Positions 52,121 to 62,648 of a stretch of 64,000 bases of DNA are shown here, in pieces (the first letter of the stretch is position 1; the number at the start of each line of letters is the position of its first letter). The notes below the pieces were generated by a model that was given only the letters and a program-made list of their open reading frames with translations, ran no database searches and was not told the origin of the DNA. The stretch is from an uncultured delta proteobacterium (GTDB lineage: Bacteria; Desulfobacterota; Desulfomonilia; Desulfomonilales; Desulfomonilaceae). Both the position numbers and the translations under genes were made by a program. Where the stretch lies: the NCBI GenBank assembly GCA_963789265.1, contig CAWBKB010000003.1, positions 576,001 to 640,000 on the forward strand, written 5' to 3'.

Positions 52121-52468
52121 TCACTTGGAGCCGGTGCGCTTCTTGGCTATCAGGTGCGCATGCAGATGAAAAATAACCTGCCCGCCGCCGCGATTTACAT
52201 TTATGAAGAACCGGTATCCCGTTTGGGCTACTCCGAAATCTTCAGCGATGCTCCGGGCTACTTGGCCGACGTGACTCAGGACGTGATCATCCGGTTGCAC
52301 ATCGTTAAGGGTCGGAATGTGCTTCCGAGGCACAATAAGGATGTGGATCTCAGAAATAGGATTCGCATCCCAGAACCCCACCACTAACTCATCTTCGTAT
52401 ACTTTATCCGCCGGCAGCTTGCCATTAACAATGTTGCAAAACACGCAGTCTGTTTGGGATTCCCTCAT
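52121..52468 (-). CDS. HIT (histidine triad) nucleotide-binding protein
   Basis: DCVFCNI, HILIVP, GQVIFHLHAHL. Confidence 0.92.
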   Translation of the reverse strand: MRESQTDCVFCNIVNGKLPADKVYEDELVVGFWDANPISEIHILIVPRKHIPTLNDVQPDDHVLSHVGQVARSIAEDFGVAQTGYRFFINVNRGGGQVIFHLHAHLIAKKRTGSK

Positions 52469-52491
52469 GAACTGGCGCCTCGTCTCTAATC

Positions 52492-53049
52492 TCAGTGCCC
52501 GACGACCGGCCGCCCCGCTGCCCCCGGCGTGACAATTTGGTTAAGATCAGAAGGGCCGGTCTTTTCCGGCTCGATTCCGGAGAACAGGCTCCGTCGTTTG
52601 AAGTCCGGCCAAAGCTTCCACTCACCGCCGACTTTCTGAAACACTGAAATAGTGCCGGTGGCCAATTTCTTGCCGTTGCCAAGCTTCGCAATCGTCTCAT
52701 ACTCGACAAAGGCCCAGCTTCGGTTCCCGGGATTAACCTTGACACTTTTTATCTTGCAATCGTAACTCTTGATGTTAAGCGCTTTTATCTTTCGCCTCTC
52801 CCTGTCGATGAAAAGTTGCGCACTGTTCCCGGCTATGAGTGGTTTAAGGGCCCTTTGATCGTTTGCGATCACCGCCTGCCAGATGCCGGTCAATGCCTTT
52901 TTGACCTTCTGCTGTTCGGTAGCCCAGGGGAGCCAGAGCCCGAAAGCAGGGAGACAAACTGAGCATATACCTGCGATCGCGATCAAAAACAGCGCCTTGA
53001 ATTGAGGCCTGGTCAGAATCGTTGACAACCCGATATAGATCCGTGTCAT
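52492..53049 (-). CDS. Secreted or membrane-anchored hypothetical protein (possibly NTF2-like)
   Basis: Hydrophobic N-terminus; helix then beta strands ending FQKVGGEWKL. Confidence 0.6.
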   Translation of the reverse strand: MTRIYIGLSTILTRPQFKALFLIAIAGICSVCLPAFGLWLPWATEQQKVKKALTGIWQAVIANDQRALKPLIAGNSAQLFIDRERRKIKALNIKSYDCKIKSVKVNPGNRSWAFVEYETIAKLGNGKKLATGTISVFQKVGGEWKLWPDFKRRSLFSGIEPEKTGPSDLNQIVTPGAAGRPVVGH

Positions 53050-53173
53050 TGAATTCCTCTATAAGGGCAACGCCAAATAAAAGACGCGGGTTCGGCCCGG
53101 CTCCTTCTTGCGGCCTGTCTCATAGCAAGACACGCTCATTCTGTCCAGCTATCTTTCAATGGTTCCCAAAATA

Positions 53174-54664
53174 CTAGAGAGTTTCGAGCGAGGCTTTCAT
53201 GGCGCGATCTCGAGCCCAAGCTTCAATCTTCTGAATCCGCTCGCGCATGGTTCGGGAAAGAGGGACTATATTTCTGAGGGAATTGGCCAGGACGTGCTCC
53301 GAAAGCTCCTCCTTGCGAGACGTGCTTTCGAACAGCGCTGCGATAACGCCTTGTTCGATCTCGGCCCCGTTGAGGCCTTCCGTGGAAGATGCCAGATAAT
53401 CCATATCAAAACGAGCAGGGTCCACCCGCCTTTTGCGCATGTGGATAGTTAGGATCTGCTTCCGTTCCTCCATCATGGGGAGGCCCATATAAAAGAGTTC
53501 ATCGAATCGGCCCTTACGAAGGATCTCCGGAGGCAGGACTTCCACTTCATTTGCGGTAGCTCCTACAAACACCGGTGCGGTCTTTTCCTGCATCCAGGTG
53601 AGGAAGAGGGCGAGGACTCGGGCCTCCTTCCCTCCGGCCTGCTTCTGCTTTTGATTGGCTATACCCGCTTCGATTTCATCTATCCATAAAACGCAAGGTG
53701 CCACAGCTTCGGCCGTCTTTATGGCCTTGCGCATGGCCTCTTCAGGCGGGCCCGCCAGACCGTCATATATTCTCCCCATGTCGAGTCTAAGAAGAGGGAG
53801 CTTCCAGTACGCGGCGATTGCCTTGATACAGAGGCTTTTGCCACAGCCGCTCACTCCCATAACAAGGATCCCTTTGGGAGGAGTCAATCCGTGTTTAGCG
53901 GCAGCGGGAGAGAATGCTCTACTCCTGTCTGTGAGCCATTTTTTTAAATTCACCAGGCCGCCGATCTCCCATGCGCCGGCTTGCGCGTTCACGAATTCCA
54001 ACACGCCGCTCTTCCGTACAAGAGACTGCTTATCCGCGACAACAGAGTCCACTGTCTTGCCCGTCAATGAGGTCTCTTTCATCAATGCTGAGTGGAAAGC
54101 ATCTGAAGCCATGTCCGCGGTGAATCCCATTGAAGCTCTAACCATCTTGTCCCGGAGGTCCGCGGTAAGTGATTTACGAAGCGATTGACACGCAGGGCTG
54201 CCGTCAATGCACGTATCCAGAATCTTTGACAGCTCTTCGAATCGGGGCAGAGGAACATCCTCGATGTTGAAAATCGCGAAAAGTTCTTCCGGCAGATTCA
54301 ATTGCGGAGAAACAAAGAAAATCTTGTTACCCGTCAGACGTAAAACGCGGGAAGCTTCCTTTAACTGCCTGATCAAGGGCGGATTAGCATTGACCAACAG
54401 ATGCAGATCCTTAAAGATCAGAATAGACTTCGCGTCAAATTTCAGAAAGTGGTCCAATGCGAGCACCGGGTCAGGACTTGGAACCACCACCTCTCGGTGG
54501 TTAGTTAGCCCGTGAACACAAGACCACTTGTAAAGCCGAGTGGGTTCGATGCCGGCCTTTTCAGCGACGAATTCAATAATACTCTCCACCCTGTCCTCTT
54601 CCTCGGAAATCAGGTAGATCAAGGATGATGAGCCGCTTAAGAATTTCTTGATCTTTGTGAGCAT
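53174..54664 (-). CDS. AAA+ ATPase, Ycf46 family
   Basis: EEEDRV, FKDLH, IGGLVNLKKWL, GVSGCGKS, VAPCVLWIDEIE, TWMQE, RKGRFDE, GAEIEQ, PLSRTM. Confidence 0.9.
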   Translation of the reverse strand: MLTKIKKFLSGSSSLIYLISEEEDRVESIIEFVAEKAGIEPTRLYKWSCVHGLTNHREVVVPSPDPVLALDHFLKFDAKSILIFKDLHLLVNANPPLIRQLKEASRVLRLTGNKIFFVSPQLNLPEELFAIFNIEDVPLPRFEELSKILDTCIDGSPACQSLRKSLTADLRDKMVRASMGFTADMASDAFHSALMKETSLTGKTVDSVVADKQSLVRKSGVLEFVNAQAGAWEIGGLVNLKKWLTDRSRAFSPAAAKHGLTPPKGILVMGVSGCGKSLCIKAIAAYWKLPLLRLDMGRIYDGLAGPPEEAMRKAIKTAEAVAPCVLWIDEIEAGIANQKQKQAGGKEARVLALFLTWMQEKTAPVFVGATANEVEVLPPEILRKGRFDELFYMGLPMMEERKQILTIHMRKRRVDPARFDMDYLASSTEGLNGAEIEQGVIAALFESTSRKEELSEHVLANSLRNIVPLSRTMRERIQKIEAWARDRAMKASLETL

Positions 54665-54767
54665 AGTAAGTCCGGGCGTCGCCGTTTGTCTTGGAACCGC
54701 ACCATTTATAAGAATGCCATATTGCAGTGCATACCGCAATATCCCTTATACCGATTTGTTTTCAAAC

Positions 54768-54886
54768 AAGTGAGAATGGGCCGATAGCAAACGGCACTGA
54801 CCTGGCGCCATGATGGTGCTTCCCGCGGGAGGCTTTGTCGGATCCGTGTTGTATTTCCTTGATTGTTCGCCGTTTGATCGCGCACT
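54768..54886. repeat. Dispersed structured repeat (copy 2, internally deleted)
   Basis: Homologous to 31134-31304. Confidence 0.8.
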
Positions 54887-54979
54887 GGCATTACGCCCCA
54901 ACCGGCCACATCTTGCAAGTATTCACATTTGCACGTTCGCGGATTCGGCCCCGGAACTTGGAGAACTCGATGAAATTGC

Positions 54980-55783
54980 CTATTTCGGGATAATGAATCT
55001 GTTCCGAGGAGGCTTCGTCTTTTCTACCCTATCTGCCAAGATCGCAGGATAGTCGGCGGCCTTGAATTGCGTCGTGGTCACCTTGCCTCCCACTTTAACC
55101 CATGTGCCGGTCTTGAGTTTGCGGCTTTCCGGCCACTTGACAATTACCCCGGCGGGCGTGGCGTCGGCAGCACAGCATACCATGACGAGCCGATAACAAA
55201 AGAAACTGCCACGAGGAAGTCTTTTGTCTCTGTGCACTATTCCGACCAGCGCCGTGTGCGATCCCTGAAAGCGATCGGGATCTGAAACCAGGTCCAACAA
55301 AGTCGGCTGACGAACTTTAAGTGGAGTTTTCACAGCCTTTACAGCTTTCACGTTTCTGACTGGTGTCTCACGCTTTGGCCGCGCCTTGATCGGTTTGGAC
55401 GCTTGCGGACGCGATGCCACTGCACGCGGAGTGTACAGGGAACGCCTTTCCGCCGCGCCGATACTCAAATCGGAAGTGGTAGCAAGGTGTAAACACAAGA
55501 GCGGGAAGAAAAGGACTACGATCTGGACGAGGCTTTTCAGGCGAGCCAGTCCGTGTTGATTGGGCCGGCTGACGGCCAAAGACGCTCCGAGAGCAATGAG
55601 AATTCCAATGGCAGCGTAAACCAGCCACCAGTAGTCGCTGCGAATAAACTTCCCCAACAGAGGGGGGGCGTCTTCAGTGCCGCGAGCAAGCCAACCAAAA
55701 CCGGCAATCCACGCCACAAGGACAGTTGCCTCCAGCATTCCCAGCCAGGGAAGCCCTTGCTGATCATCGTGCACCTGGCACAC
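54980..55783 (-). CDS. TIGR03943/YcgQ-family permease partner; start uncertain (ATG 55767 plus frameshift possible)
   Basis: N-terminal TM helices; C-terminal RLVMVCCAADATP, WVKVGG. Confidence 0.82.
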   Translation of the reverse strand: MCQVHDDQQGLPWLGMLEATVLVAWIAGFGWLARGTEDAPPLLGKFIRSDYWWLVYAAIGILIALGASLAVSRPNQHGLARLKSLVQIVVLFFPLLCLHLATTSDLSIGAAERRSLYTPRAVASRPQASKPIKARPKRETPVRNVKAVKAVKTPLKVRQPTLLDLVSDPDRFQGSHTALVGIVHRDKRLPRGSFFCYRLVMVCCAADATPAGVIVKWPESRKLKTGTWVKVGGKVTTTQFKAADYPAILADRVEKTKPPRNRFIIPK

Positions 55784-57017
55784 CTCCGAAACCGTAGTGC
55801 AATGTCATCATTGCCAGCAAAACTGCTATGAGCGTCACCAAGGCGAGCGCTCCTATCACACGGCTTTTGAATACCGTAAAGTACGTGAGCAGGAGCTTCA
55901 GATCGAGCATTGGACCAAGAACCATGAAAGCCATCTGAGCCGTATCAGGAAACACCGTCCGAAATCCGGCCGCTATAAATGCGTCGGTCTGGCTGCACAG
56001 ATTAAGAGTTACAGCAAGGCCCATCATTGCCAAAATGGAGAGAATCGGCGACCCAAACAAATCCCGAAAGGCGACTACATCAATAGTGGCTCTGGCGAGG
56101 GATGCTACGAACGCACCAATTATCAGGAACTTGCCGATGGAGAAGAAATCATCTCTGGCATGGGCCAATGCCTCGAGGGTCTTCGAAAGAAAACCTACTT
56201 GCTCATGGTGGTGATGGTCCTCACCACAGTGACAGCAGCATCCGTGCTCGCACGTAGCCGTTCCTATCACCAGGGCATCACTGTCGCGGCGGAACAACGT
56301 ACCCAGAATCAGGGCTACGCAGACCGCTATCACGTATCCGCACACCATTCGGGTGCAGACCATGCCCAAATTTCCCCGGTAGGCCAGCAACGTAGAGGCT
56401 GCCACCAACGGATTCACTATGGGCGCACCAAGGAGAAACGCTATGGCTGCGGGCATAGGCACTCCCTTGTTTATCAGGCGCCGCACTATGGGAATGATTG
56501 CGCATTCGCAAACGGGAAAGATCATCCCAAGTCCCGCGGCGATAAAGACAGTGGCGGTTGTGTGCCCCGTTAGCGCTCGCTGAACAAAATCCTGAGAAAC
56601 GAACACCTCGATAATTCCGCCGAGCACTGCCCCCAGCAACATGAAGGGCATTGCTTCAAGCAAAATGGCTATGAAGTTGATGAAGAGATCGCCGATCTGT
56701 GGGTCCCGTGTGAACATTCCGACAGCGAGCACCACCAGCGCGAACGCGAGAATGACCACCTCCACCATTATGGCGGCCGTTTCAGCGTTGGAAGGGCTCG
56801 TGCCCGTGGGGCGGTCTGGGAGAGTTTCGGTGACCTCGACCTGGTGCTGATAATAATTCGGCCGACTCACACGGTGGTGACCGTGAGGAACAGTCTTTTG
56901 GTATGGTGCCTGTGATGCTGACAGGGTACGTTTCTCCTGAGTTCCTCTCAGGGAGCGGATCATAGCATCGGCGGCCTGATGAAACAAGGCCCACCGGACA
57001 ATCCAGCACTGGTGCAC
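55764..57017 (-). CDS. DUF318/YcgR-family permease (start uncertain, possibly 56768)
   Basis: LEAMPF, FPVCECAIIP, AFLLGAPIVNP, His/Cys-rich loop, LNLCSQTDAF, FMVLGPMLDLK. Confidence 0.9.
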   Translation of the reverse strand: MHQCWIVRWALFHQAADAMIRSLRGTQEKRTLSASQAPYQKTVPHGHHRVSRPNYYQHQVEVTETLPDRPTGTSPSNAETAAIMVEVVILAFALVVLAVGMFTRDPQIGDLFINFIAILLEAMPFMLLGAVLGGIIEVFVSQDFVQRALTGHTTATVFIAAGLGMIFPVCECAIIPIVRRLINKGVPMPAAIAFLLGAPIVNPLVAASTLLAYRGNLGMVCTRMVCGYVIAVCVALILGTLFRRDSDALVIGTATCEHGCCCHCGEDHHHHEQVGFLSKTLEALAHARDDFFSIGKFLIIGAFVASLARATIDVVAFRDLFGSPILSILAMMGLAVTLNLCSQTDAFIAAGFRTVFPDTAQMAFMVLGPMLDLKLLLTYFTVFKSRVIGALALVTLIAVLLAMMTLHYGFGGVPGAR

Positions 57018-57162
57018 GGATCATGACGCTCAGAACAGGGATCTGTACTACTACCAATTCTGCTTACTTCGAAGTGCAACGCTTGAAAGTGAATCTCTTT
57101 TGAGATAGCAATCATTTGGCCGATATCAGGCCCGTCGCATGCGTGACACCAAAGGAGGATCC

Positions 57163-59067
57163 ATGAAGCTCAGTCTACTAATATGTTGTGCCATTTGCGT
57201 ATCTACACTGTGCTGTATGGCTGTCCCTGGTGAGTGCCGCCAAGTGAAGCAGTACTCCATCGAACAGTTCATGAAAACAATATCTATCGGCGGAAGTTCC
57301 TTTTCATTTGATGAAAAGTCTATCTTGTTTTCAAGCAATCAGACAGGCATTTATAACGCTTTCACCATTCCTGTCACAGGCGGTAAGCCCGTTCAGGTCA
57401 CTCACTCAAAGCAAAATGCAATATTTGCTCTGACTTTCTTGCCTCATGACAAGCGCATCCTTTACGTAAGCGACCGCGGCGGCAACGAAATCAGTCACAT
57501 CTATCTCCAAGATGAGGACGGGAAAATCCGGGACTTAACGCCGGATGAAAAGGCTAAGTCTGTCTTTTATGGAATCAGTCACGACGAGAAGAGCTTTTAT
57601 TTTGGCTCGAACAAAAGAGACCCGAAGTTCATGGATGTTTATGACATGGACATTAAGACCTTTACACCGCACCTTATTTTTAAGAATCAGGGACCATACA
57701 ATCTTGGAACCGTATCCAGAGACAAACGCTATCTCGCATTCAGCAAAACGATAACCCGAGATAATTCAGATATATATCTGTATGACACTAAGACCGGGAC
57801 GTTCAAGCTCCTTACTCCTCACCAGGGTGACGTGAACTATTCTCCGGCGACATTCAGTCCTGACTCCAAGAGCTTGTACTATTTAACCGATAACGGGCGC
57901 GAGTTCGCTGACCTCAAACGGTACAATCTCGAGTCCGGAAAGTCGGAGACGGTTCTGAAAGTAGACTGGGATATAGAATTCGCCCAATTTTCGTATACCG
58001 GCAAATTCATGGTGGTGGGAATCAACAATGACGCAAGGACTGAGATCAGAATCTATGATACTTCCACGAATCATTTGATCCAACTGCCCAAACCTCCGCA
58101 GGGCAAGATAACGTCAGTTAGAATTTCAAAGAGCGAGAAATTGATGAGCTTCTATGTCAACGGCTCGAGATCGCCCAACAACCTGTACGTCTACGATTTC
58201 GAAACTCGGCGGTATTCGCGGCTTACGGATACTTTGAACCCTGAAATCAATCCTGATGATCTTGTGGAAGCCCGGAGAGTACGCTTCAAGTCTTTTGACG
58301 GGCTAGAGATACCCGCACTATTATACAAACCTCACCAGGCGCAAGCTTCCAGCAAGGTGCCCGCAATGGTGTGGGTTCACGGCGGGCCCGGTGGCCAGTC
58401 CACAATTGGCTACAGTCCTCTGTTTCAATATCTGGTAAATCACGGATATGCTCTGATAGCAGTCAACAATCGTGGCAGCTCGGGATACGGGAAGACTTTC
58501 TATAGATCGGCCACCCACAAACATGGACAGGGCGATCTGGTAGATTGCGTTGAGGCCAAGAAATACCTTGAATCAACCGGATATGTGGACGATGACCGAG
58601 TGGGAATAATCGGGGGCAGTTACGGGGGATACATGGTTCTGGCAGCGCTCACTTTCAGACCAAATGACTTTGCGTTGGGCGTAGACATGTTCGGCGTATC
58701 GAACTGGCTTCGCACATTGAAGAGTTTTCCATCGTGGTGGGATCCGTACAAAGAAGCGCTATACAAAGAAATCGGGAATCCTGACACGGAAGAGAAGTAT
58801 CTACGAAGCATCTCTCCACTTTTTCACGCGGATAACATCGTCAAGCCGCTGATGGTGCTCCAAGGAAAAAACGATCCACGAGTGCTTAAAGCTGAATCAG
58901 ATGAAATTGTAGCTGCGGCCAAGAAGCGAGGTGTTCCGGTCGAGTACATTGTGTTTCAGGACGAAGGACATGGATTTATTAAGAAAGAGAACGAAATTAA
59001 GGGCTATCGGGCCATACTCGATTTTTTGAACGAGTACTTGAACAAGCGATCCGAGGCCGCGAAATGA
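57163..59067 (+). CDS. S9 family peptidase (prolyl oligopeptidase / acylaminoacyl peptidase), secreted
   Basis: SD aggagg, signal peptide, beta-propeller, VHGGP, GGSYGG (Ser), QGKNDPRV (Asp), DEGHG (His). Confidence 0.93.
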   Translation: MKLSLLICCAICVSTLCCMAVPGECRQVKQYSIEQFMKTISIGGSSFSFDEKSILFSSNQTGIYNAFTIPVTGGKPVQVTHSKQNAIFALTFLPHDKRILYVSDRGGNEISHIYLQDEDGKIRDLTPDEKAKSVFYGISHDEKSFYFGSNKRDPKFMDVYDMDIKTFTPHLIFKNQGPYNLGTVSRDKRYLAFSKTITRDNSDIYLYDTKTGTFKLLTPHQGDVNYSPATFSPDSKSLYYLTDNGREFADLKRYNLESGKSETVLKVDWDIEFAQFSYTGKFMVVGINNDARTEIRIYDTSTNHLIQLPKPPQGKITSVRISKSEKLMSFYVNGSRSPNNLYVYDFETRRYSRLTDTLNPEINPDDLVEARRVRFKSFDGLEIPALLYKPHQAQASSKVPAMVWVHGGPGGQSTIGYSPLFQYLVNHGYALIAVNNRGSSGYGKTFYRSATHKHGQGDLVDCVEAKKYLESTGYVDDDRVGIIGGSYGGYMVLAALTFRPNDFALGVDMFGVSNWLRTLKSFPSWWDPYKEALYKEIGNPDTEEKYLRSISPLFHADNIVKPLMVLQGKNDPRVLKAESDEIVAAAKKRGVPVEYIVFQDEGHGFIKKENEIKGYRAILDFLNEYLNKRSEAAK

Positions 59068-59163
59068 TGAATGACTCTGCTTTTATAGGAATTCGCATTC
59101 AAAGCAGGATTGTTCCACCCGTGCATGCTCAATGAGGTGAGACCGAAGGCATGGCGCCTGCCG

Positions 59164-62100
59164 CTACGCAGTTTCCTCTCCGGAACGGCAGGCGCACTGG
59201 TTCTTACCGTGGTATTCCTGCAATGACTTCACTCTAAAGGTGTCCCCCCTATGGATTGCTCGAAGCCCAAGGGACAACGCATTAGCCCCCGCGAGAGTGG
59301 TGAAATAAGGCACATTATGGTTCAACGCGGCTAGTCGTATGTGGTAGGAATCCCTGAAGGACTTCTTGTCAGCAGAAGTGTTTACAACCAGAGCGATTTC
59401 ACCTCGCCGGATGAGATCGGTCACGTCTACGGCTCCGTCTTCGTGGATCTTCCCAACTTTTGTACAAGCAATCCCTGCAGCTTGCAAAGCCGCGGCCGTT
59501 CCCTCTGTGCAAACGAACGAAAAGCCGCATTCTTTGAGTCGCCTTCCGACAATTACCGCACTCGCTTTGTCTCGATCCGCCACGCTCAAGAAGACTTTTC
59601 CTCCGGTGGGTATGGGGAATTCCGTGCTGTACTGCGATTTCAGGAACGCCGGCCCAAACTCCGTGTCTATCCCCATTACCTCTCCGGTGGACTTCATCTC
59701 GGGCCCGAGCAGCACATCCACGCCGGGAAATTTTATGAATGGAAACACTGCTTCTTTGACACTCACATGGTCAGGTTGCGCCTCTCGGGTGAAGCCAATT
59801 TCTCGCAGCGTTTTCCCGGCCATTACTCGGGCACCGACTTTGGCCAATGGCACACCGATTGCCTTGGAAACGAATGGAACTGTCCTGGAGGCTCTAGGAT
59901 TGACTTCCAGCACGAAGATCTCCCCATCCTTAAGGGCAAGCTGGAGGTTCATCAACCCTTTGACCTTCAACTCCACCGCCAGCAGTCGAGTAATACGGCG
60001 GATCTCGTCCAAGTGGTACCGACCCAGACTGTATGGCGGCAGGGAGCAAGACGAATCTCCCGAATGAATGCCTGCTTCCTCTATATGCTCCATGATTCCG
60101 CCGATAACGACATCCCGGCCGTCAGCCACCGCATCCACGTCGATTTCAACGGCGCCTGTCAAGTACCCGTCGACAAGAATCGGGTGTTCCGGAGATGCTT
60201 GGACGACATGAGTCAGGTATACTTTGAGGTCATCCTCATTGTGCACTATTTCCATTGCCCGACCGCCGAGAACGTAAGAGGGTCGGACCACGAGCGGATA
60301 ACCTATTCGTCGGGCCACGTCGACGACTTCGCTGTAGGAATGGGCTATGTCATTGGGGGGCTGGTTTAGTCCTAAACCGATGAGCATTTCTTTAAATCGT
60401 TTACGGTCCTCCGCGCGGTCGATGGCGTCCGGGGAGGTGCCGATTATGGGTACTCCTGCCTTCCAGAGCGGCACGGCAAGCTTTAGAGGGGTCTGTCCGC
60501 CGAATTGCACGATGACTCCGTCCGGCTTTTCTCTGTTCACGATCTCCAGAACGTCCTCAAAGGTGAGCGGTTCGAAGTAGAGTCGATCGGACGTGTCATA
60601 ATCTGTGCTTACAGTTTCGGGATTGCAGTTGACCATAATGGTCTCGTAACCGTCCTCTTTGAGAGCGAAGGCCCCGTGAACGCAACAATAGTCAAACTCT
60701 ATCCCCTGTCCGATCCGGTTCGGCCCACTGCCGAGTATCATGATCTTCTTTCTGTTGGTGGGCGCGGACTCGTCTTCTTCCTCGTAAGAAGAGTACAGGT
60801 ACGGAGTATGAGCCTCGAACTCAGCCGCGCACGTATCTACTCTCTTGAAGACGGGTCTTACGTCGTGGCGGACCCTCAGTTCTCGTATTTCATCTTCCGA
60901 TTTGCCGGTAAGCATTCCAAGATGTATGTCTGAAAAGCCTAACGATTTAGCTCTCGCAAGGTTTTCTTTCGTTTCCGCGCCGCCCGGAAAGCCCTCTGCC
61001 GAAATCTCCTTCTCCATCTCCACGATTTGCGCGATCTGGCCGAGAAACCATGGGTCTATAGCGCAGTGCGCATTTATTTCGTCGATGCCGATACCGGCTC
61101 TCATTGCATCCGCCAAATACCAGAGCCTATCCGGCGTTGGTCGGCCCACGCGTTCGAGAATCTCGCCTTTGGAAAGACCCTTTTCAAGCCGCTGTTCGAG
61201 GCCATAGACGTCGATTTCCAATGAACGGATGGCCTTTTGGAGAGACTCCTTGAAAGTGCGGCCGATTGCCATCACCTCCCCCACGGATTTCATCTGTGTG
61301 GTTAGAGTTCGGTCCGCGCTGGGGAATTTCTCGAAGGTGAAACGAGGGATCTTCGTGACTACGTAGTCTATGGTGGGCTCGAAGGACGCGGGAGTCTTAA
61401 GCGTGATGTCGTTGGCGATCTCGTCGAGTGTGTACCCTACGGCCAACTTCGCGGCAATCTTGGCTATGGGAAAACCCGTGGCTTTTGAAGCCAGCGCACT
61501 GGACCGACTTACCCGCGGGTTCATTTCTATGACGACAACACGGCCCGTAACGGGATGTACCGCGAACTGAATGTTCGATCCACCGGTGTCCACTCCGATT
61601 TCCCGGATAATGGCTACGGCCTGATCTCGCAGGATTTGATACTCCTTGTCGGTTAGGGTTTGAGCCGGGGCCACGGTTATGGAATCGCCGGTGTGTACTC
61701 CCATTGGGTCGAAGTTTTCGATGGAGCAAATTATGACCACATTGTCGCCGCTGTCCCGCATGACCTCCAACTCGAATTCTTTCCAGCCCAGGGCTGATTC
61801 TTCAACGAGGATGCGCCCGACGGGAGAGACATCAAGCCCCCATTTTGCAAGCTCTGCAAATTTGGCTTCTGAAAACGCAACACTTCCACCGGTTCCGCCC
61901 AGCGTGAAAGACGGCCTGATAACATTTGGAAAACCCAATTCTCTGGCGACTTCCCAGGCTTGGTCAAGAGATTCAGCATATCCGCTGCGGGGCAGGTCCA
62001 AGCCTATGTTGCTCATGGCCGTTTTGAAAAGGTCCCTGTCTTCCGCTTTGTTAATCGCGTCAATACCGGCCCCAATCAGTTCCACGCGGTATTTTTCGAG

Positions 62101-62421
62101 AATTCCCGCTTCGTATAGCTCGACAGCACGGTTAAGGGCCGTTTGGCCGCCTAGAGTCGGGAGAAGAGCGTCCGGGCGTTCCTTCTCGATGATCCTGGCA
62201 AGAATGTCGACTTTTAGGGGTTCTATATACGTGGCATCGGCAAATTCCGGATCGGTCATGATAGTGGCCGGGTTGGAGTTCACGAGTATTACCCGGTAAC
62301 CCTCCTCTTTGAGCGCCTTAATAGCTTGGGTTCCGGAATAGTCGAATTCACAGGCCTGACCGATGATGATGGGACCGGACCCGATCAAAAGTATTGATTT
62401 GAGGTCTGTACGTTTTGGCAT
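59164..62421 (-). CDS. carB: Carbamoyl-phosphate synthase large subunit
   Basis: [54 protein letters not shown] domain. Confidence 0.99.
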   Translation of the reverse strand: MPKRTDLKSILLIGSGPIIIGQACEFDYSGTQAIKALKEEGYRVILVNSNPATIMTDPEFADATYIEPLKVDILARIIEKERPDALLPTLGGQTALNRAVELYEAGILEKYRVELIGAGIDAINKAEDRDLFKTAMSNIGLDLPRSGYAESLDQAWEVARELGFPNVIRPSFTLGGTGGSVAFSEAKFAELAKWGLDVSPVGRILVEESALGWKEFELEVMRDSGDNVVIICSIENFDPMGVHTGDSITVAPAQTLTDKEYQILRDQAVAIIREIGVDTGGSNIQFAVHPVTGRVVVIEMNPRVSRSSALASKATGFPIAKIAAKLAVGYTLDEIANDITLKTPASFEPTIDYVVTKIPRFTFEKFPSADRTLTTQMKSVGEVMAIGRTFKESLQKAIRSLEIDVYGLEQRLEKGLSKGEILERVGRPTPDRLWYLADAMRAGIGIDEINAHCAIDPWFLGQIAQIVEMEKEISAEGFPGGAETKENLARAKSLGFSDIHLGMLTGKSEDEIRELRVRHDVRPVFKRVDTCAAEFEAHTPYLYSSYEEEDESAPTNRKKIMILGSGPNRIGQGIEFDYCCVHGAFALKEDGYETIMVNCNPETVSTDYDTSDRLYFEPLTFEDVLEIVNREKPDGVIVQFGGQTPLKLAVPLWKAGVPIIGTSPDAIDRAEDRKRFKEMLIGLGLNQPPNDIAHSYSEVVDVARRIGYPLVVRPSYVLGGRAMEIVHNEDDLKVYLTHVVQASPEHPILVDGYLTGAVEIDVDAVADGRDVVIGGIMEHIEEAGIHSGDSSCSLPPYSLGRYHLDEIRRITRLLAVELKVKGLMNLQLALKDGEIFVLEVNPRASRTVPFVSKAIGVPLAKVGARVMAGKTLREIGFTREAQPDHVSVKEAVFPFIKFPGVDVLLGPEMKSTGEVMGIDTEFGPAFLKSQYSTEFPIPTGGKVFLSVADRDKASAVIVGRRLKECGFSFVCTEGTAAALQAAGIACTKVGKIHEDGAVDVTDLIRRGEIALVVNTSADKKSFRDSYHIRLAALNHNVPYFTTLAGANALSLGLRAIHRGDTFRVKSLQEYHGKNQCACRSGEETA

Positions 62422-62648
62422 ACTGTTGTCTTTTCCACAGATGAGTCTGTCATTTGAAGAGATCGAGACCGGCTGAAACTATAGGATCGGTAACGCGAAA
62501 TTTCAAGGGGGATTCCAAAGCCAAAGAACCATACGGTGGCGGAGCTTCAAATTGGGTTCAGTATGTTAAAGTAGGAGACTTCGGAGTACGAACGGTAATA
62601 TTATATCATTGTCCTCTTGCTACGGAAGTTTCCTTTATCGGATAGCAC

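Noticed and set aside
51804..52124. N-terminal extension of the HIT protein
   Set aside because: Runs through a REP cluster; the paralog alignment starts at MSDCVFC
59341..60369. Long antisense ORFs over carB
   Set aside because: Shadow frames of a conserved gene
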